Position numbers and translations under genes: made by a program. A stretch of 64,000 bases of DNA from Utricularia gibba (lineage: Eukaryota > Plantae > Magnoliophyta): assembly GCA_002189035.1 (NCBI GenBank), contig NEEC01000010.1, forward strand, positions 1,798,001 to 1,862,000. Direction: 5' to 3'. The notes beneath the pieces are model-generated. The model was not told the DNA's origin. It saw only the letters and a list, made by a program, of their open reading frames with translations, and ran no database searches. The first letter of the stretch is position 1; each line of letters opens with the position of its first letter. This document shows, piece after piece, positions 1 to 11,222 of this stretch.

Positions 1-95
1 TACTACTTGGTTAGATGCCTAATAGTGATATAGCTTGTCGATATTGTTGATGTCAAGGAGCTTATGTGAGACAAAACCGCCTCATTCTTAAATAG

Positions 96-1008
96 GTCTT
101 TTGATTCCAAGGCTTAGCTCAAGAACAATTCGCCAGGCAGTGGGAGTTGTGGGGTGTGTAATAATGCCGCACAATGTCTTTTTGCACTCTGCTTTGGTGC
201 AGTCGAGGGAAATCCAACCCGGAAACAAATCCCAGGTGCAGGAGGCACTCAACTATTACACGATTGAGTCTTCTGCAGCCCTTTTCATCTCCTTCATCAT
301 CAACATATTTGTCACCACTGTTTTTGCCAAGGGCTTCTACGGGAGTGAGCAAGCAAATTATATTGGGCTTGTAAACGCAGGACAATATCTAGAAGCCAAG
401 TATGGTGGGGGGCTGTTTCCAATCCTCTACATTTGGGGTGTCGGATTATTGGCTGCTGGTCAGAGCAGCACAATAACTGGAACATATGCAGGACAGTTTA
501 TCATGGGTGGCTTTCTCAACCTGCGTCTGAAGAAGTCAATTAGATCACTGATCACCCGCAGCTGTGCCATTATTCCTACAATAATTGTGGCAGTGATCTT
601 CAACAAGTCGGAGTCGTCCCTTGATGTTCTAAATGAATGGCTCAATGTCTTGCAGTCCATACAAATACCTTTTGCACTCATCCCACTTCTGACGCTGGTG
701 TCCAAGGAGCAGATAATGGGAAGTTTCAAGATTGGCCTTTTTCTCGAGGTAACGCATCTTACATACCTCATCTAATTCAATGAAATCACTGGCCTCATGC
801 CTCATACCTTTCTATGTTGACACATCAGAGACTTGCCTGGGCTGTGGCTGCATTAGTGATCGTGATAAACGGTTACCTGTTGCTTGATTTCTTTCTCTCT
901 GAAGTCCATGGTATGCTGTTTGGTTTCTGGGTCACTGCTGCAACTGCAACTTACCTAGCTTTCTTGGTCTATCTTGTTTTACACTGGACCAAGCAGCGCT
1001 CGAATTGA
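96..1008 (+). CDS. NRAMP: NRAMP divalent metal transporter (NRAMP2/3/4 group), 3' part; exons 96-748 and 829-1008; 5' exons lie outside the window
   Basis: Motifs QAVGVVGCVIMPHNVFLHSALVQSR, GLLAAGQSSTITGTYAGQFIMGGF and LQSIQIPFALIPLL. AG acceptors at 94-95 and 827-828, GT donor at 749. Confidence 0.95.
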
Positions 1009-1368
1009 TATCCCCAGCTTCTGCACTGAGGATTTGATTATTCTGAACACTAGAGCACACGTTTCACACATAGTTATACACATAGAACCCCCAAACCTCT
1101 CGAAAGATGCGTTTTTGCTTCTTTGCTGAGTTACTATAAGATGGGCTGAATCAGAATCCTAGCTATAAGCTGCCACTTGTTGTGTTGCGTTGCGTTGCAA
1201 TAAATGTAATGCTCATCTGTTGTGTATGCATATTGAATACGTGAAAGCAAGGCTGTGGTTGTTTGGAAAAAGCGACAGGATTAAGTGATCTGTGGGCCTG
1301 TTTTATGACTCAACAATCCATTAATAAGATGGAATCTTACTTGCAAGCAACATCCTCCGCCAAGCAGA

Positions 1369-1879
1369 ATGGCTGAAACCGTGACCAGGAAGGAGATCGC
1401 GCGTTTCTGGCAGCAGAGGCTGATGGTGGAGGAGGACCACCTTTACGCCGCCGTCAAAGCTGCCGCTCGCCTCCGTGCACGAAAACTGACCGTGAGTTTT
1501 CTTTGATCCCGAACCCCCATATTATTCCTCACCCGGGTTTCCACAGTGATACCGCAAACTGCTTTTTTCTTAACCAGGACAACGATTACCTGCGCTTCAA
1601 ACTGTATGTCGAGGAGGAAGGATTTGCGGAGTACGAGAAAATGCTGAGCAAGGAGATGATGAGAGCCGGAATAAAGGACTGGTGAGTCTAATCAATCTTT
1701 ACTAGATGCTGGCTTCTCTTGCACCTTAGGAAGAGTATCCACACACGCATACAGACATACAGACGTATCTGGGTTTGTGCAGGTGGACGATGAGCAGGTT
1801 CGCGTATCTGAATCAACCAACTGCGAAGAAGCTGGTCCATAAGCAATGCAAGCCATCGTCTTGCTACCCTGCTGCTTGA
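1369..1879 (+). CDS. Small uncharacterised plant protein (about 110 aa); exons 1369-1491, 1578-1681, 1783-1879
   Basis: Spliced product MAETVTRKEIARFWQQRLMVEEDHLYAAVKAAARLRARKLT/DNDYLRF...GIKDW/WTMSRFAYLNQP... Canonical GT-AG sites keep the frame. It resembles a plant family I recall with the motifs EEDHL.AAIKAAAR and GIKDWWTKSKYAYLNQP. Confidence 0.8.
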
Positions 1880-2214
1880 AGGTGAACTGAAAAGAAGAAA
1901 CTCTGCTGCTGCTGAAACCTCTGTGAATACGCATGTGACAAAACGAAGAAACCATTCCTTGTGTTGTAAATGTACTACAGATGAATGAATACCCCCAACA
2001 GAACAAGATACAGTTGTGAAATTGTTTACTTTCTTTAGTGATTAAATTTGTTTAGAAATGTTTCAAACCATTTGATAATCAACATCAATACGTGCATATA
2101 AAAAGAGGGAGTTGGGGTTATCGATCTTCCAGAAAGGTGACTGGATTTCTCGGTCTCCCATCTCCTTCGTCATAAGAAAGCAACCTTTCGCGTCGAACGA
2201 CAACGTATCAGTCG

Positions 2215-2777
2215 ATGGTGCTCACAAATTTCAACGGAACCGGCGTCGGTTTTGGTGGGTTTTTTTTTCTTCATATGATTCCTTTGATTCAATTCGTTTC
2301 CATGTTGATTCGATTCAAACTTCAGGGTTTGGAGTCGGCTGCGGCTTTGGCATCGGATGGGGTTTCGGAGGTGAGTTTTCCCCACCAAAGTACTTCGCTT
2401 TCATGGATTTCTGCACTCTGCAAATGATTTTGCAATTGCTCGGCTGGTTCAATCCTTGCTTGTTTCTTCATTTTGGAAATTCCACAGATTATAAAGCTCT
2501 TCGTGTTTCAGGTATGCCTCTGAAATTTTGGGGACTGGGTGCAGGTGAGGTGTTTTTGCATTTCTTGCCACTTCGATTCGTGGGTGAGTGAGTTTCCATG
2601 GAATTCCCTTTTGGTTTGTTTGAAGGTGGCGGCTGCGGAATAGGGCTAGGCCTTGGCTGGGGATTCGGATCAGCGTTTGGTAGCCAGTATCACAACTCCA
2701 GCGTCAAGTTCCAAGGCATGGAGTTCGGGGGAAGAATGGAGTCTGGAGGCTTGGACAGCACTCAGAAAATCAAGTAA
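2215..2777 (+). CDS. TGD5: TRIGALACTOSYLDIACYLGLYCEROL 5, Gly-rich plastid lipid-import protein; exons 2215-2254, 2326-2370, 2512-2544, 2626-2777
   Basis: Spliced product [61 protein letters not shown]...FQG closely matches TGD5. All introns are GT-AG and in phase. Confidence 0.92.
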
Positions 2778-2868
2778 ACTTTTTTCTCTGTTTGTTTCAT
2801 AGGTTTTCGTTGAAACAACCAAGGAATCGAAATGGGTCTCCAAATGCGTTATTCAAATCTAGCTCCAT

Positions 2869-4162
2869 TCACTCCGAGCTTGTGATACAATCGATATAAC
2901 AGCACATCATAGATTTCCACATTTGGGGATCCCTCTCTAGCAAGACAATGAAATCCTTGATCGATATGCGTGGATCCTCACGAGGGATGGCAACTTGGTT
3001 TCTTCCTGCTTTTCCAACAGAGGCTGCTGCGCGAAGAGTTCCACCAACAAAGATTAGTTTAAAGGGACAATGCAAATAGGATGCTTCCGTCATATGAGAG
3101 TAGGCATGGAGAAACAAGCATACCAGTGTTGATAATGGCATCTGAGTGATCGCACTTCTCTGCTTCTTTAATGTCCCCTGTGTTTTTAGCTGAACCTGTT
3201 GATGCTTCTCGCGGCGCATCTATGTTACTACTGGGTTGAGAAACAGATGCCGCTGCATCGATACCACCCTGTTTCTGTTTTCCCGTATCATCAATTTCCA
3301 CCTCCTCCGGTAGCTGCTCAAAAAGGCAACATTTGTAGCGGTAGCACGCATGTTGTCATCTTCTTTGTTTGCCTGGTTAGATACTATAACACGAGATTGA
3401 TGAACCGCATGCACAGGGCATTTTTCCTTGAAGAGAGAAACCCAACGCAGCAGCAACCTTTGCTGCTCTTGCGCGTCCTTCCTCATCTTTGGCTCCACCG
3501 GTCCCAAAAGCAGAATCTGGCAGTGTTTCGAAAGCCAACATATCAACAGATGATGAGAATCACGTGAATGCTTGATGATGTGTATGAACTGAGGTGACTT
3601 GCACGACTTCTCAGATATGAGTGCCTCCAGCGTCTCTTCGACGTACTTGACTAGGAAATGTTAAAAGTCACAGAAACGCGGTAGCCTGAAACCAATGCAA
3701 GGAGAAATGTGAATCACCATGAACTAAGGAAAAAAATATAGAACGAGGGCAGATGTATAAACTATGAAGTCCTGACATATTTCCACCAGTTAGTTTCTTC
3801 TGAAGTGGAATTTTCTGTAAAATTAGTCCCTCCTCTTCTTCTTGAAAGTATAGATGGCTCTGAGACACGACCATCTTCTTTGGTCCCAAAAAACACTTGT
3901 TCTTCCTATGAACCCCTATGCATAGATTGTCTAATGCAAACATGCCATGAGATCAACTCCACTGACTGCAGTGACATCATTTAGGTGTACCATGCTTTCA
4001 TCCATTGAGCCTCCAGAAATCTTCAATTCCACCAGACAGGACCATCCACCGATTCAGAAAATGGAATTACCAATGATCTATTTGAAATCAATGAGAGCAA
4101 CACATATTGGTCCAAGAATTTCGACATTTATTCCCAAGACACTCGACGATGTTACTGCCTAG
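2869..4162 (-). pseudogene. TAF4B: TAF4B-like TFIID subunit, C-terminal region, disabled by several frameshifts and a deletion; 5' extent uncertain
   Basis: TAF4 motifs lie in different frames: NDVTAVSGVDL, EEQVFFGTKEDGRVSEPS, QEEEEGLILQKIPLQKKL, YVEETLEAL, ANKEDDNMRATATNVA, WKLM, KQGGIDAA, ISIKDFIVLLERDPQM. Frameshifts occur near 3850 and at 3270-3320. Confidence 0.8.
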
Positions 4163-5235
4163 CATGAAAATTTAAATGACAAAAAAAAAAGCAAAGTGAA
4201 AGATTTACATTTAGCTAAGCTGCAAAACAGTAACTGGCAAGCACGTATAGTTTTGAATTTAGTATGATATTTATGGTTGCGATTATTGCTTCTTTTAGGA
4301 AGAAAACTATATAATCCTGGCTATTCCACCCCTCCCCATACGTATTTATTGGAATTTGAAGGGTCGACCCTCCCACCTTCGTAGAAAAATGGTACCTAGA
4401 GAAACAGCTCCCTCGGGCACAAAGAAAAAAATGCATTCAAGGCTACTAAATTCCGGTTCACAAGTATCAAATGCAGAATTGATTAGTCAATAGGAAGTGA
4501 AAAAAATATAAAAAGAAGAATGAACGCGGGGAAACAAGAAGGCACAGGTGAATTTTCTCATGAGAATCACAATATCCCTATCTTACCAGTAAGGCAAAAT
4601 ATGCTTACTGCAGGAAGGCGTCTTATTCAGACTTGCAATAAATAGAGGCAACGTTTCCCCAAACCAGTTCCCCAAAATGCATCTTCCAAAAGGCAGCAGG
4701 AAAGCTCCTCTCATTAACTAAACTCCTTGGTAGCCAAATTTTCAACACAGTTTCTCAAAGGTAGACATCAAGTACCTCAATTTCAATAACCACAATCGCA
4801 TTTCTCCAACACTTGGCAGGGAAACACAAACAAAGAAAATTCATAGACAACAACTCACCTGAAAGCACTCTCACGAACATAAATATGCTGTGTAGGCGTC
4901 TATCTATTCCTACAGACCGTTCTTACAAAAAAATAAAATAAGAAAAGTAACAATGAACATTCGAATGATAGATCAGACACCGGAAAACGCGAATGACGAT
5001 CCAATGAAACATGCCCCAGGCGGAGAATTAAACCTGCTCCGTTGGCGATGATACACTCTACTGGAAAAGAAGGAAAAATACCTGGGGAGTGTTGGAGTAC
5101 CGGCATGCACGCGATCAATATATCCAATGGGTCTAAAATTATATTTCAAAAAATGTCTGCCCTATAAAAGCAATTTGATGCTTCAGGTTCCAAGCCATTT
5201 ATCTGCATCCACTGCGAACGACGACTCTGAACAAA

Positions 5236-6391
5236 ATGAGATTTCATATCGAAACCGGTGCCGCCACCGCCACTCGCCGCATTTTTGGATCTGGAAATCA
5301 ACCATGCCGAGCGTATTACCATCCATTTCAGTACTGCCGCGATAAGAGAACCGGGACTTTTGAAAACCCATATCGAAAAATTTTTCCTTTCAGAGCGTAT
5401 TCGTCCAGTTCTTCGAATCCTGAATCTGGGATTCTGCGTTGGTACTTGCGATTGCTGGATTCCAGACCAATCTTGACGAAAAGTGTGTCGTCGGCTTTTA
5501 TATATGCTGCCGCTGACATTACGTCGCAGGTTAGCCATTCATTCCCCACTCTCTATTTGCCCACGTCGTAGGATTTGTGTTGAATCGTATTCAGATTACT
5601 CTTTCTCTGAGAATTCCACGTTCAACGAATCACTTATACAGGAATCCAAACGGCATGTAACGCTAAAATCTTTTATGTGCCGTACGTGAAATCATTGTGT
5701 TTTTATGAGTTAGACATCGAATTGTTTTCACAATGTGTACTCTCTATCTTGTGAATGGCAGCTAATCACAATGGCTCCTGATGAGAGTTGGGATTTCATA
5801 AGAACTACAAGAATGGCTGGATTTGGTTTGCTTATTCTTGGCCCATCCCAGCATGTGTGGTTTAACTTCGTTGCAAGGTTGTTTCCCAAGAGAGATGTTC
5901 TTACAACATTGAAGAAATTAGGAATGGGACAGCTTTTCTTTGGGCCTTCAATCAACAGCGTTTTCTTCTCTTTCAATGCAGCTCTTCAGGGTACACTCTT
6001 TTGTTGTTCCTCCATAAACTCGTTGGATCCCCATATGGTGGATGAAAAATTTGTTTAAGCATATATTTCAAGATTCGACTATCGATTATCTCTGATGTTT
6101 CGTTTGAACAATTCAGGGGAAACTGGGAACGAGATAGTAGCTCGGTTGAAAAGAGACCTTATTCCAACTTTGGTAAGGGGCTACTTTACTGGCCGCTCTG
6201 TGACTTCATGACATACAAAGTCATCCCTGTTCATCTCCAGGTACCTTTTTTTCCCTTCTCCATCACAATTCTGCATTTGTAAGCACAACAATCTTCCTTC
6301 TTGGCAGCCCCTGGCAAACAGTTCGTTTTCATATTTATGGACGATATACTTGACATACATGGCAAGCTTGAAGAAGGCTACTGTGAATTGA
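5236..6391 (+). CDS. MPV17/PMP22 (PXMP2/4) family membrane protein; exons 5236-5529, 5762-5990, 6117-6240, 6308-6391
   Basis: Motifs WYLRLLDSRPILTKSVSSAFIYAAADITSQ, RTTRMAGFG..ILGPSQHVWFNF, RLKRDLIPTL..GLLYWPLCDF and PVHLQPLANSSFSYLWTIYLTYMAS. Canonical splice sites. Confidence 0.92.
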
Positions 6392-6883
6392 TGAGCCAGG
6401 AGTTCTAACTGTTACCAGGATAAAGGGAATAAATAGAACACCTTTAGCTCCACCCCCTTTTTACATTTCTGCATTCAAGTCAATGTAAGACATCTGATTC
6501 AGAGAAGTATTGCATGACACGAGCAGACCAGGGCTCGAGTTCTGTCAAAAGATTTGAAAAAATATTGGTTATTTGTTACCTTGTGCAATTCTTTGCCATC
6601 CTTGTTTTGCGGACATAAAAGGAGCAGCATCTTAAAAGCTGCAACCAAATTAACTGTCGTTATCTTCACCCTCACAGATTCCTTTCCGGGGATCCCTCCT
6701 CGGCATCTCATTCTGTTGTATTCATCAGGCAAGGGAACGTGCAGGAGCACTGGAATTCTGCGTTCTGAATTTTTTAAGTTTTTATATCATGTCTCTGTGT
6801 TGTTTGCAGGGAATCGTCGAGCCCAGGTGGTGATCTCTCTTCATCGTCAAATAATCTGCAACCTTTCCTGATAATAACAGAAG

Positions 6884-7210
6884 ATGAAGATTGAAAGCTG
6901 CTGGGATAAAATGGCGGTTCCCATTAAGAAAGCCTGGAGCAACATCTCGAGAAGAATCGTTCGCCGTAAAGCCGGTAAAAAACATCTAGATCAAAAAGTT
7001 TTTCAAGGGCACTCATGATACACAAAATAAGTTGGAAGTTTGGAACCTTCTTCAGGGTTGCTGAAACTTGGGAAAGATGTTAGAACATGCGAGTACGAGG
7101 ACGTTCATGTTCTATGGGACTTGTTGAAGAGGAACGATTCAAATATTACCAGGGCGAGGGCAGAAGAAACCGTGCGGGTTTCGCTCGGTGGGCGAAACAT
7201 GCACCTTTGA
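6884..7210 (+). CDS. Small uncharacterised plant protein; exons 6884-6974 and 7056-7210; possible 1-nt frameshift near 7145
   Basis: MKIESCWDKMAVPIKKAWSNISRRIVRRKA/GLLKLGKDVRTCEYEDVHVLWDLLKR matches a family I recall with the motif GLLKL..DVRTCEYEDVHV.WE.L. The intron is GT-AG. Confidence 0.75.
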
Positions 7211-7688
7211 TTCGTCGCCGTGGTTAACCTGTGTCGAATCTGCTTCTTTTAAACTTGGGATTTTGAAGACATGAACTTTCTTCAAAACGTGTCTTAGGTT
7301 AGGAGTTTCAGACACCGACTGTGTATGGATTCATATGATTATCCAATCAGATGAACGTACATGTTTCATTGGGAAGAAAACCATTTTCAGAAGAAGGTCC
7401 GAGTTCCAGAGCACTCAGGAGTTACGTTTGTTGTTCTTCCCGATGAACATTTAAACCCATCTCTGCAACACGAATATTAATACCTTCATAACTACTCAAT
7501 GCTTGCTTTTGCTTTTATTTCAACGGTGCCGGTGGTGGTGACGGCAAGTGCACATGATCCCCTTTCAGGAGTAGGGTAACCGACAAGCTATCTTCTCACG
7601 ATTTTCCAACTGGGGTCGTGATTTTTCAGCTAGATCTTGTTATTGAAAGGGTTTCTGGGAGAGAAGTTGGCTCCTTTAGGGTTGAAGC

Positions 7689-8522
7689 ATGCAGCAATGG
7701 TTTGGATTCTGGCTCCTGTTCTTCATTCTCTGTGGAGCAGTTTCTTTGAATCATGGTAAAAATCTCATTGCTGTTTCTTTGGTTATGGCTTTTCTTGTGT
7801 AAGATTTCTGGGACCTGGGATTCGGATTTGGGCAAATTTCGCGATGATTCGGTAACTGTTCTACAGGCAGCACCAACAGTCCTCGGCCTGCTGAAAAACT
7901 GAGCTACCAGCCCAAGGTACGTACATTAGCTATGCACAATCGTCTCATTCCTGACTCAAATTCTTTCTGAATCGGCAAGAATCTACGGCATTCGCAACAT
8001 ATTTGAAACTAATGCCCTGAAGGGATGTGAATGCGTAACATTTACTAACAACAGCTTGAACCAGAAGGGAGTAAGCACTCTCCTGCTGCAGCAAATCCAG
8101 CCATATAGACATGAATCCGCCCGTCAATCCAACAGTGACTATACTGGCAGGCTGCTGCCTGGTAAACAAGAATTCCATGAGTGGAAAATGTCAATCTTTT
8201 GAAGTGCGTGAGCCACTCCCAAAGTCCAAGCAACCCATTTGCACGTTCTCATGTGTGATTCAGTACAAAGCAGCGCCACTCAGCTTGATCATACTCCCCC
8301 CTGCAGGTGCATGGAAGCGCTGATGACGACGACGACGACGACGATGGTTCAGCGGAAGGTGAAGAGAAGCTCGCCTTGGATGATCACCGGCCGATCGACC
8401 CCATTCCATACTCGAAGACCGCCATCGTCCAGGACGTTCCTTTTCTGCCATTCATCCCAAAGCCCTCTGCTCCTCCTCCGGGCCAAGCTGATCAAGATGC
8501 CTCTCCTTACAAGCTTCTTTAG
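7689..8522 (+). CDS. Small secreted protein or peptide precursor (about 110 aa); exons 7689-7755, 7867-7916, 8307-8522
   Basis: Signal-peptide-like MQQWFGFWLLFFILCGAVSLNHG, then STNSPRPAEKLSYQPK, then VHGSADDDDDDD...HRPIDPIPYSKTAIVQDVPFLPFIPKPSAPPPG. Exon phases (67, 50 and 216 nt) join into one frame through GT-AG introns. Confidence 0.75.
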
Positions 8523-10626
8523 ACATGTCCAAGCTCTAATATTTAGCACTCTATAACTGGAATCCAGCTTTAAATTCAAGAAACGAAATTCAGCACAGAA
8601 CAAGCACACGGAGTTAACAAATGATATAGGGGCATTGCTAGGATGCTTAAATTAATAATATATTTAAACTATTTACATTTATATAAATAAATTAAAAGTA
8701 TGTTTGATAAATAATTGTGTTTAAAATAAGAGCATCCTAATCTAAATATACATAAAGTTTTCCTTATACAATGCATCTAAATATTCATATTTAATTCAAA
8801 TATCTTTAAATATTTATTTTTATTACACTAAATATGATTTATAAGCATGGGTATACATGTATCCCAAATATACATAAAGATGCATCAACATATCTAAACA
8901 TTCATATTTATTCTAAATAGAGAAAATTACGCGAATAGTCCCTACTATTTACTTAAATAACATAATTGATTCCCATGAACAATATTTTCATCCTCATTAT
9001 TTTAAAATCATTCATGATTAGTTTTTCACTATTTCAAAATCTGGTAAAAACAGTCATTATTTACATTAATGCTACAATTGATCATTAATCGTAAACCTTC
9101 ATTTTTTTCTTAATTGTATATATATTTCTAAATTTTAAAATATGATTGAATGAGTTATGCAAATATTTAGCATCTTAAACAAGTATGAAAAAAAGGACAT
9201 AAATCTGTATACATCATCCATCACACCATGGAGATAACCACTAGAATACATGTGTAGGTGGTTGTGATGGCATGGATATGAACCGGGCTGGCTCATGATG
9301 ATGGTGCATTACGCCAAAAGGGAAAAAGTGCCCCACTTTTTTGTATCTCAAATAATGCATTTCTCTTTTATTTTTTTTCAATAATTAAAAAGCTTATCTT
9401 TCCTAGAACTACGATACTAAATAAATAAGGAGAGCAGAGGAGAAGAGGATTTATGTATTCCATTCCCGAATCACTTTCGCCTTCCACGTCCAATCCAACT
9501 CCATCCCCACTTCCCAAAGCCAATTCACCACCACCTCATCTTCCCCTTCCTCTTCTTATTACCAATTTCCAGTTTCATTTGTATAAATAGGTTTAATAAA
9601 AAAATACATTTCATTTGTAGTTAAATATGTACTTGTTTTATTTTATCAAATAATCTAAATTCATGCAATACAACACAAAGGGACACAATGTGTTGCTGAT
9701 TTTTTGAAAATTTCGAAATCGAAAGGGATTCAGTTTTTGGTTCTTGGATGAATTAAGTATTGTATATTAAAGACAAATAAGTTCATATTTAAGTATATCA
9801 TAGATCATTAATAATCAATTGAATCTAATCTTTTTTAATATAATTTATGTTTTTTTAGATATTTGGACTTTACGTATTCATCCAATACATCGTATCACTA
9901 ATGTCTAATCGCATAAATCTAAAATCCTTCACAATTTGTGTGTGACATGACTATACTTACTGAGTAGGCTAAGTGGAAAGACGCCGCGAAACGCAAACTC
10001 CAAAAGTGGAGGATGGGGGTCCAGGCATCCACTCAACCAACAATTAGGCTGCTTTTTTAGAGCAAATTTCACTAAATAAAATATATATTTTTTCCCTCCC
10101 TCCCTCCCACAAAAAAGTAAAAAAGGGTGGTGACGTGGGCCCCACCGATCGCGGAGGAGGGGAAGTTGGTCCGGTGACGTGGATCCCACCGCCTGGTGCC
10201 GGAGCTTTTTTTTTTAGATTAAAAAAAAAGAAATATTCACATATTTATCGGTGTTGGCAGACAAACGAATTCACCACCCGAGGCGCAGTTTTGGACGTAT
10301 GCTTTGGATATGTACTAACAGATATTCTTCTTCTTCTTCTTCTTTTTTTTTCTTTTTGTATGAAAATAAAATTTCGCATTTATTTTATTTCTCCGAATAT
10401 CCCATCGTGTTATGATGTTTGAGGGGGGAAAGGTACAAGATTCCCCAGTGGGAGGATACAAATTTCGGCACACTTCGTAGAGACAGTGGAGAGGCGTGGG
10501 GGCGGCGCCAATACGATGGATGGATCATACAGGAGGCGAAGGCAGCAAAACTGGGAGAGGGAGAGCGCTCGCTCTGCATCTGCAATCCTCGCCGCTTTAT
10601 TCAATAGGTTATGGAGGAGTTTTTGC

Positions 10627-11222
10627 TCACCGGAATAAGTTGAGAAGCTTTGGCTCCCTACCCACGTCGCGGCGTCGTCCCAACTCCGCTGATACCTCCG
10701 ACAGTACCGACACGGAGGACGTCGTGTTCTGCGTCCTCATTCTGGGGTGTGCGAACGGGGTTGCTACTGCTGGCCGTTGAAAATCAACGCTAGTGGGGTG
10801 AATGGAAGATCCGGCGAGCACGGCGTCCACTGCCGCCTGACAGAGGTGCCAGTTGCCGGAGGTGAGCAGCCCCACCGCGCCGTCCACTGGGTTGACCGTC
10901 CTCCCACAAGCCTCAAATAACAGCGATTGGAACAGAGCTGTGGAATAGAAGCGACCCACAAAAACCAAAATCAGAACAAAAAAAAAAAGACAGCAAAAAG
11001 TGATTTGATTTTGTTCGGATTGGATCCGATTGATCTACCCGGGCGTCTGTTTTCCGGCACGGCGGAGATGAAGGACATGAGATCGCTCCGGCCAAAGAAC
11101 TTGGAGACGAAGAGAGTAGCATGCGCTTGAGACTCCGGGCTCTGGATCCACTCCAAGCAGGGCCTTAGAATGCACTTCTCGCCGCACCCCCTTCTCAGAA
11201 CCCTGCAGCCATTGCAGCTCAT
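10627..11222 (-). CDS. Class II LOB-domain transcription factor (LBD37/38/39-like); exons 11222-11039 and 10937-10627
   Basis: [13 protein letters not shown]...CILRPCL (CX2CX6CX3C), [36 protein letters not shown] and the C-terminal KLLNLF. Confidence 0.95.

Noticed and set aside
829-1008. Short NRAMP C-terminal tail as a truncation
   Set aside because: NRAMP3/4-type proteins also end shortly after the last transmembrane helix.
8920-8947. MULE-MITE-like terminus GAGAAAATTAC...TAGTCCCT
   Set aside because: No matching inverted terminus was found in the window.
10298-10322. GTATGC...TACTAACAG fungal-like intron signal
   Set aside because: At about 25 nt it is too short for a plant intron and is probably chance.
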